From positions 744,001 to 808,000 of the forward strand of contig CAWKCK010000017.1 in the NCBI GenBank assembly GCA_963848135.1: a stretch of 64,000 nucleotides of DNA, given 5' to 3'. How positions within the stretch are numbered: position 1 is the first letter of the stretch; each line of letters opens with the position of its first letter. This stretch comes from an uncultured delta proteobacterium (GTDB lineage: Bacteria > Desulfobacterota > Desulfobacteria > Desulfobacterales > SG8-13). Under the pieces are notes generated by a model that saw only the letters and a program-made list of their open reading frames with translations, was not told where the DNA came from and searched no databases. This document shows, piece after piece, positions 62,501-64,000 of the stretch. Both the position numbers and the translations under genes were made by a program.

Positions 62501-64000
62501 TAGAGGGAAATGAGGCTTTCACGGTCACCCTGTCGGCTTCCAACGCAGATGTGGATGACAGCGATACGGCTTTAGGTACGATCACCGAGAACGATACCGA
62601 TTTGGTGGTCACGAAAACCGTGGACAATGGAACCCCGGATGAGGGTGACACGGTCACCTTCACCGTGACCATCACCAACAGCGGTTCGATCCAGGTGACC
62701 AATGTCAGCATCGATGACGCCATTCCAGCAGGCTTAACGGCCGGAACCATCACCCCCAGCCAGGGCAGCTACACCGCACCCACATGGACCATCGGAACAA
62801 TCGACAGTGGATCGAGTGCCACCTTAACAATTCAGGCCACGGTCGATGCCGGTACCGCCGGATCTACTATCACCAACACGGTCACCAATGTGACCCTGGA
62901 TCAGGTGGATAGCGACACCACTGCCGATGATCTGAGTGAGTCGGTCACCGTCGGCAACGCAACGGATCTGGTGATTGGTAAAACGGTCGATAACGGCACC
63001 CCAGACGAAGGCGACACGGTCACCTTCACCGTCACGGTCACAAACAATGGCCCGGCCCAGGCTTCAAACGTCAGTATCGATGATGTGGTACCCGTCGGTT
63101 TGACAGCCGGCACCATCACCCCCAGCCAGGGCAGTTACGCCGCACCGACATGGACCATCGGAACCATCGACAGTGGATCGAGTGCCACGTTATCGATTCA
63201 AGCTAGCGTCGATGCCGGTACCGCCGGATCCACCATCACCAACACGGTCACGAACGTTACCTTGGACCAGACCGACAGCAACACCACCCCCGATGATCCC
63301 GATGAATCGATCACGGTCGGTAACGCCACGGATCTGGTTATTGGTAAAACCGTCGATAATGGAACCCCCGATGAAGGCGACACGGTCACCTTCACCGTCA
63401 CAGTGACTAACAACGGGCCGGCCCAGGCTTCAAACGTCAGTATCGATGATGTGGTGCCAGCGGGTTTAACGGCCGGGGCGATCACTCCCAGCCAGGGCAG
63501 CTACACCGCACCGACATGGACCATCGGCACTATCAACAGCGGATCGAACGCCACGTTAACGATTCAGGCCACGGTTGATGCCGGTACTGCCGGATCCACC
63601 ATCACCAATACGGTCACTAACGTCAGCCTGGATCAAGTGGATGACAATACCACCGCCGATGACCTCAGTGAGTCTGTCACAGTCGGTAACTCAACTGACC
63701 TGGTCGTTGCTAAGCTCGTTGATAATGGAACCCCCGATGAGGGCGACACAGTCACCTTCACCGTTACGGTCACTAACAACGGACCGGCTCAGGCCTCAAA
63801 CGTCAGCATCGATGATGTTCTGCCCGCTGGTCTGACCATCGGTTCAGTAACACCGAGCACCGGAACATGGACCGATCCCACATGGACGATAGGAACACTC
63901 AATAGTGGCGTCAGTGCAACGTTAACCATCGTAGCTGATGTTGATGCCGGAACATCGGGTCAGACCATCACTAATACGGTCACCAACGTGACCCTGGATC
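50578..64000 (+). CDS. giant secreted modular adhesin-like protein (>4,470 aa, truncated by the window end)
   Basis: Continuous reading frame where I checked it; signal peptide MLFRSV...[18 protein letters not shown]-like [11 protein letters not shown]; beta-helix repeats (GNYIGT/NVISGN); choice-of-anchor-Q-like [28 protein letters not shown]; SdrD-B-like, DUF11, DUF3344-like and Calx-beta modules. Upstream GTG at 50479 is an alternative start. Confidence 0.9.
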   Translation, partial: MLFRSVRVFFCTVSFISLFLFPLSFSAAAATFTVNSTADAIDASPGNGVCAASGGACTLRAAIQEANAWAGADTIVFNIPATDPNYTSSGGESWWRIAPANILPAVTGSGTVIDATTQTTNQGNTNSQGPEIELDGTSVGTTDPNCLTIQGGNSVVRGFVINRCNDDAIEIEIAGGNLIEGNYIGTDVTGTINRANGYGISVKSNGNTIGGTTIAARNIISANANYGIGIYDGAANNIVRGNYIGLDRTGNVGLGNGDQGIRIEGGANNNTIGGLTAAARNVISGNVNDGIYLQDTGTTGNIIQGNYIGTNAAGTADIGNTDRGVQIESGANNNTVGGTTAGAANVISSNGNDGVVIGDGSNPGTGTTGNLIQGNYIGTDYTGTAALGNLAHGVHVTTVDNNTIGGTAAGAGNLIANNAWVGVIIQNDTASGNAILSNAIHSNGGIGIDLRGDGVTANNGSKNTGRPNFEMDFPVFTNAKLAGTSLDVSGYVGKDPNDADFANARVEIFKSDNDGTGYGEGQAYLGYLTADANGNFNGTLDVSGNELSVADRITGTATDASGNTSEFGANVAVQAHPCPGWAVTTTADSGVPGTLRECIIEANKFSGVTISVPAGTYTLAIAGQGEDAAATGDLDITASMTINGAGESSTIIQAGTDPTNGIDRVFDVQNNASLTLSDLTIQNGDAGGQNGGGIQVADTGSVLTLTDVTLTNNRTTKEGGGIQNNSSTLNLTRISVTSCSAEDGGGINNRNSGTVTLTDSTLSGNTGTRRGGGFHNDNADATLERVTLTDNYAGNDDGGGLVHRGGRTVNLTNCTVSGNRAERKGGGIYSERLINITNCTVTGNTAAEESGGIHRQGDTTNIKNTIVSANSDLNDGQDDNCKETLTSGGYNLEDQNECGFNQTSDQFNTNPLLGPLQDNGGPTFTHSLTSGSPAIDAGTSSGAPATDQRGVARGIDGDGTPNSPVSGDYDIGAYEAGLLGVTVKGTVFEDANFAGTATEYDGGTNDLALPNVDVELYDDADTYITSVTTDATGSYSFTGLADGTYKVRVRSATIGDADTLPKAGLNATVPATWPYPLADLTWANGAALYGGQNPTVDDTATADNAGPGDTYITVTVSGSDVGSVNFGLAYNLIVNTGDDTNVNNVRSKQGSLRQFIKNANAIGTAASSTAKLSQFRIPVTDPNYNGSGNGEFTIRPTIAMPTLSDRMAIDATTQTTNIGDTNGQGPEIELDGTGIGGTSRGFAINASGCTVRGLVINRFFDGIYLLASSTASKIEGNYIGTDVTGTVDLGNSRHGVVAGNGSESSVIGGATAGAGNLISGNNGDGINIQGGGDIRIFGNFIGTDAAGTADLGNSSFGIRVFTDSKLNIIGGSAAGAGNLISGNNGGGIYLAGPLNTVQGNLIGTDTAGTGSIGGSYGLYVTADGNIIGGTAAGEANTVAFHSGRGVYITSGVNNLITGNSIFSNGSLGIDLASGANNDKAVPVITSITPSGSDFTIVATAGSGDIIEFFRVNNAAAPLVTVDPSGSGEGFLYLGSCVDNGGCSGPHISPVVDADAAAGSVQAVLLSSGLSSIDVVTATATDASNNTSEFAANSYTSTCPGGVVTTTADAGFASLRECINLANSNPGTTISFNIPGPGNQSAGADSWWRISPTSALPTVTAAGTIIDATTQTVNQGDTNSLGPEIEISGLSAGNVSGFNLTSANNAIKGLIINGFNQSFKSGVVISGTAATGNTITGNFVGTDYSGGSAVPNYYGVYIVNGAQNNTIGGSTAADRNVISGNSDWAIRITGANTSLNIVKGNYIGTNPAGDAALANDNGIEISSGADDNVVGGTNVADRNIISGNRLQGIYITSADSNAIKGNYIGTDVTASVAIPNLRGIWLNLDAANTIVGGTTAPERNIVSGNGFRGIVIANAGANLNVVQGNYIGTDSSGTAPLPNSGHGIDVQFGPQNNTIGGTASGEANRIAYNTGDGIYLASGSSDFNQISGNSIFENSALGINLAGDGANNDKAAPTITGLTPSGSDFTIVVTTSSGDTIEFFRVNNTAAPAVTADSSNSGEGYLYLGNCVDNGACSGPHISAVADADATAGSVQAVLLSGGLSIGDVVTATATDTSNNTSEFAANAYTSTCPGGVVTTTADAGFASLRECINFANSNPGTTISFNIPGPGNQSAGADSWWRIAPTSALPTLTAAGTIIDAITQTTNKGDTNSQGPEIELDGTNAGAPNIDGFLITGSNCTIRGFVINRFSSDAIQIDSGGSNVIAGNYIGTDASGTAALGNAVGGIRVSSAGNTIGGTTAVTRNIIAGNNSLGVILSGASATGNVIAGNYIGTDRTGSADLGNGAWGVFLSGAANNTVGGTTAGSGNVISGHSYGIHIRNAGSTGNLVQGNLIGTDATGTAALYNISGVQIDAGATGNTIGGTTAAARNIISGNQSGVVVQDSGTSGNIVIGNTIGLDVTGNADLGNNLHGVLIEDSASGNTIGGTAAGSGNVISGNNSTGVYISGTGTDTNAVAGNFIGTAVDGSTAVPNGRGIIIIAGASGNTIGSSSAGARNIISGNTNEGIRIEAIGTDGNIVRGNYIGPDISGTSALGNTDGIGIHSASTSSVIGGGGAGEGNIISGNSGFGVWISGAGTDGHTLQGNLIGTDTAGSADLGNGSHGIYISSNPNSNVIGGSASGEGNIIAYSDGDGIAILSPMSGGDYNRISGNSIFENAELGIDLDPDGVGASGGANMDKTVPVIGSISLSGSDFTAVAAVTSGDTIEFFRVNNAAAPLVTVDPSGSGEGYFFLGSCVDNGACSGPHISPVADANPAAGSIQAVLLSTGLGFNDWVTATATDASNNTSEFSVNAQVLGSADLAVTKTDNPDPAPAGGPLVYTLIVDNNGPTTANNVTLTDTLPAGVTFQSVTSSQGSCSGTTTITCDLGAIFNSGTASVEILVVTSGAGTITNAASVSADETDPIPGNNSVSIDTNVVISSMFDVPLTQYQRLHGFIDYTTTGGSLRNRPNNQNACSVVGSSTATLSGIPAGGTVLAAYLYWAGSGSTVDNQITLDGAALTADRTFTSRFVLGANNYDFFSGFKDVTTAVQAKRDGNYTFSGLTVATSGIYCSSQAVIAGWSLIVIYEDSSVSGKTLVVYDGFDLERNNATNYLLTGIYAVDPPEAKTSFLLWEGDDTLGGTAEELEFNGANLSDGLNPVNNVYNGTINSLPTTTAYGLDLDTFDVSALVSDGDTSASNRVSVGPDLVILNAVVLEAKTDIIAGYVFDDVNYGGGAGRVLSAAAAAAPSFPVGRPNSRVELYDAAGNYLRADTTNANGRYGFAGIPNGSYFVRVVNDTVTPARSGATGSEWPVQTFRTNAATGIPIAVTNEVGGANPAAQDAPANTTSANLFSLTAQTVAPVTIGGFLSVIGVDFGFNFDTIVNTNDTGQGSLREFIENANALSNTNLAQAGMTAGIENSIFQIPGAGPFTVQTTTILPTLTDPVVLDGTTQPGWASAPIIELNGSSAGAGVSGITITAGGSTVQGLVVNRFTGNGIYIDGNGNNTIAGNYIGINAVGTAAAPNNYGIWINSTSGNFIGGSAVSSRNVISGNTSSGIRIQTAGSNNTIRGNYIGTSAAGNTPLPNSLGINLMGSSGNTIGGTGAAEGNIISGNTNFGIQVAYGAANNVFQGNTIGLDPSRTVAVPNTSHGIVFTGLAAPPHPSSNIVGGAAAGAENVISGNSGSGVLIARGTGNTIQANAIYGNGMDGVQALDGTGNAILTNAIYGNGLIGIDLGNDGVTANDDAKTAGDPNLLMDFPVFTASTLLGTNLYVAGYVGITPNQAIFANARVEIFEADNDASGHGEGQIFLGFLMTDASGNFSGTIDVSGKGLAAGENITGTATDGSNNTSEFGTHRVVVTPAVTIEDVTEIEGTGLLFTVTLDEAVSGGFDVTVGFSDVTATGGAAPLATPEDYANDAATLNFAGTAGETKTFTVATLDDALVEGNEAFTVTLSASNADVDDSDTALGTITENDTDLVVTKTVDNGTPDEGDTVTFTVTITNSGSIQVTNVSIDDAIPAGLTAGTITPSQGSYTAPTWTIGTIDSGSSATLTIQATVDAGTAGSTITNTVTNVTLDQVDSDTTADDLSESVTVGNATDLVIGKTVDNGTPDEGDTVTFTVTVTNNGPAQASNVSIDDVVPVGLTAGTITPSQGSYAAPTWTIGTIDSGSSATLSIQASVDAGTAGSTITNTVTNVTLDQTDSNTTPDDPDESITVGNATDLVIGKTVDNGTPDEGDTVTFTVTVTNNGPAQASNVSIDDVVPAGLTAGAITPSQGSYTAPTWTIGTINSGSNATLTIQATVDAGTAGSTITNTVTNVSLDQVDDNTTADDLSESVTVGNSTDLVVAKLVDNGTPDEGDTVTFTVTVTNNGPAQASNVSIDDVLPAGLTIGSVTPSTGTWTDPTWTIGTLNSGVSATLTIVADVDAGTSGQTITNTVTNVTLD
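62596..64000 (+). repeat. 366-bp (122-aa) tandem DUF11-type repeats, at least 4 copies
   Basis: Units begin at 62596, 62962, 63328, 63694 ([22 protein letters not shown]). Confidence 0.92.

Noticed and set aside
50253..63835. Dozens of short and medium ORFs in the track
   Set aside because: Shadows of the single giant + strand gene

Overview
A 64-kb chromosomal window from a moderately GC-rich anaerobe. Gene content and intergenic repeats look Desulfobacterales-like, which is an inference. From left to right it holds: (1) housekeeping and miscellaneous genes (receiver protein, SAM methyltransferase, plsC-like gene, DUF4392, OmpA lipoprotein, a pyrB-argF tandem, YpfJ-like peptidase, a 667-aa helical-repeat protein); (2) a leftward nitrate-respiration cluster (hemerythrin-narG-narH-narJ-narI-narK, then fmdE-like, molybdopterin-binding and USP genes). 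It is preceded by a perfect sigma54 promoter and faces a divergent NorR with three GT-N13-AC palindromes. narH is frameshifted in a G9 tract; (3) an ECF sigma and anti-sigma module with glycogen-binding (CBM48/AMPK-CBM-like) domains, two secreted Gly-rich proteins and four copies of a TGTAAC-N16-YGYT promoter motif; (4) a divergent signalling island with back-to-back sigma28-like promoters. Leftward are REC-GGDEF, HEAT-repeat, HD-GYP, REC-DUF4388 and a hybrid kinase. Rightward are a DOMON/EB_dh heme-type protein, three paralogous kinases and an NtrC-type activator; (5) an IS110 element that appears to have inserted into the terminal repeat of a REP/MITE and carries a structured downstream non-coding region (bridge-RNA candidate); (6) a sigma54 promoter followed by a giant modular secreted adhesin-like gene (>4,400 aa) that is missing from the ORF track and runs off the right end. 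I found no rRNA, tRNA or CRISPR array.
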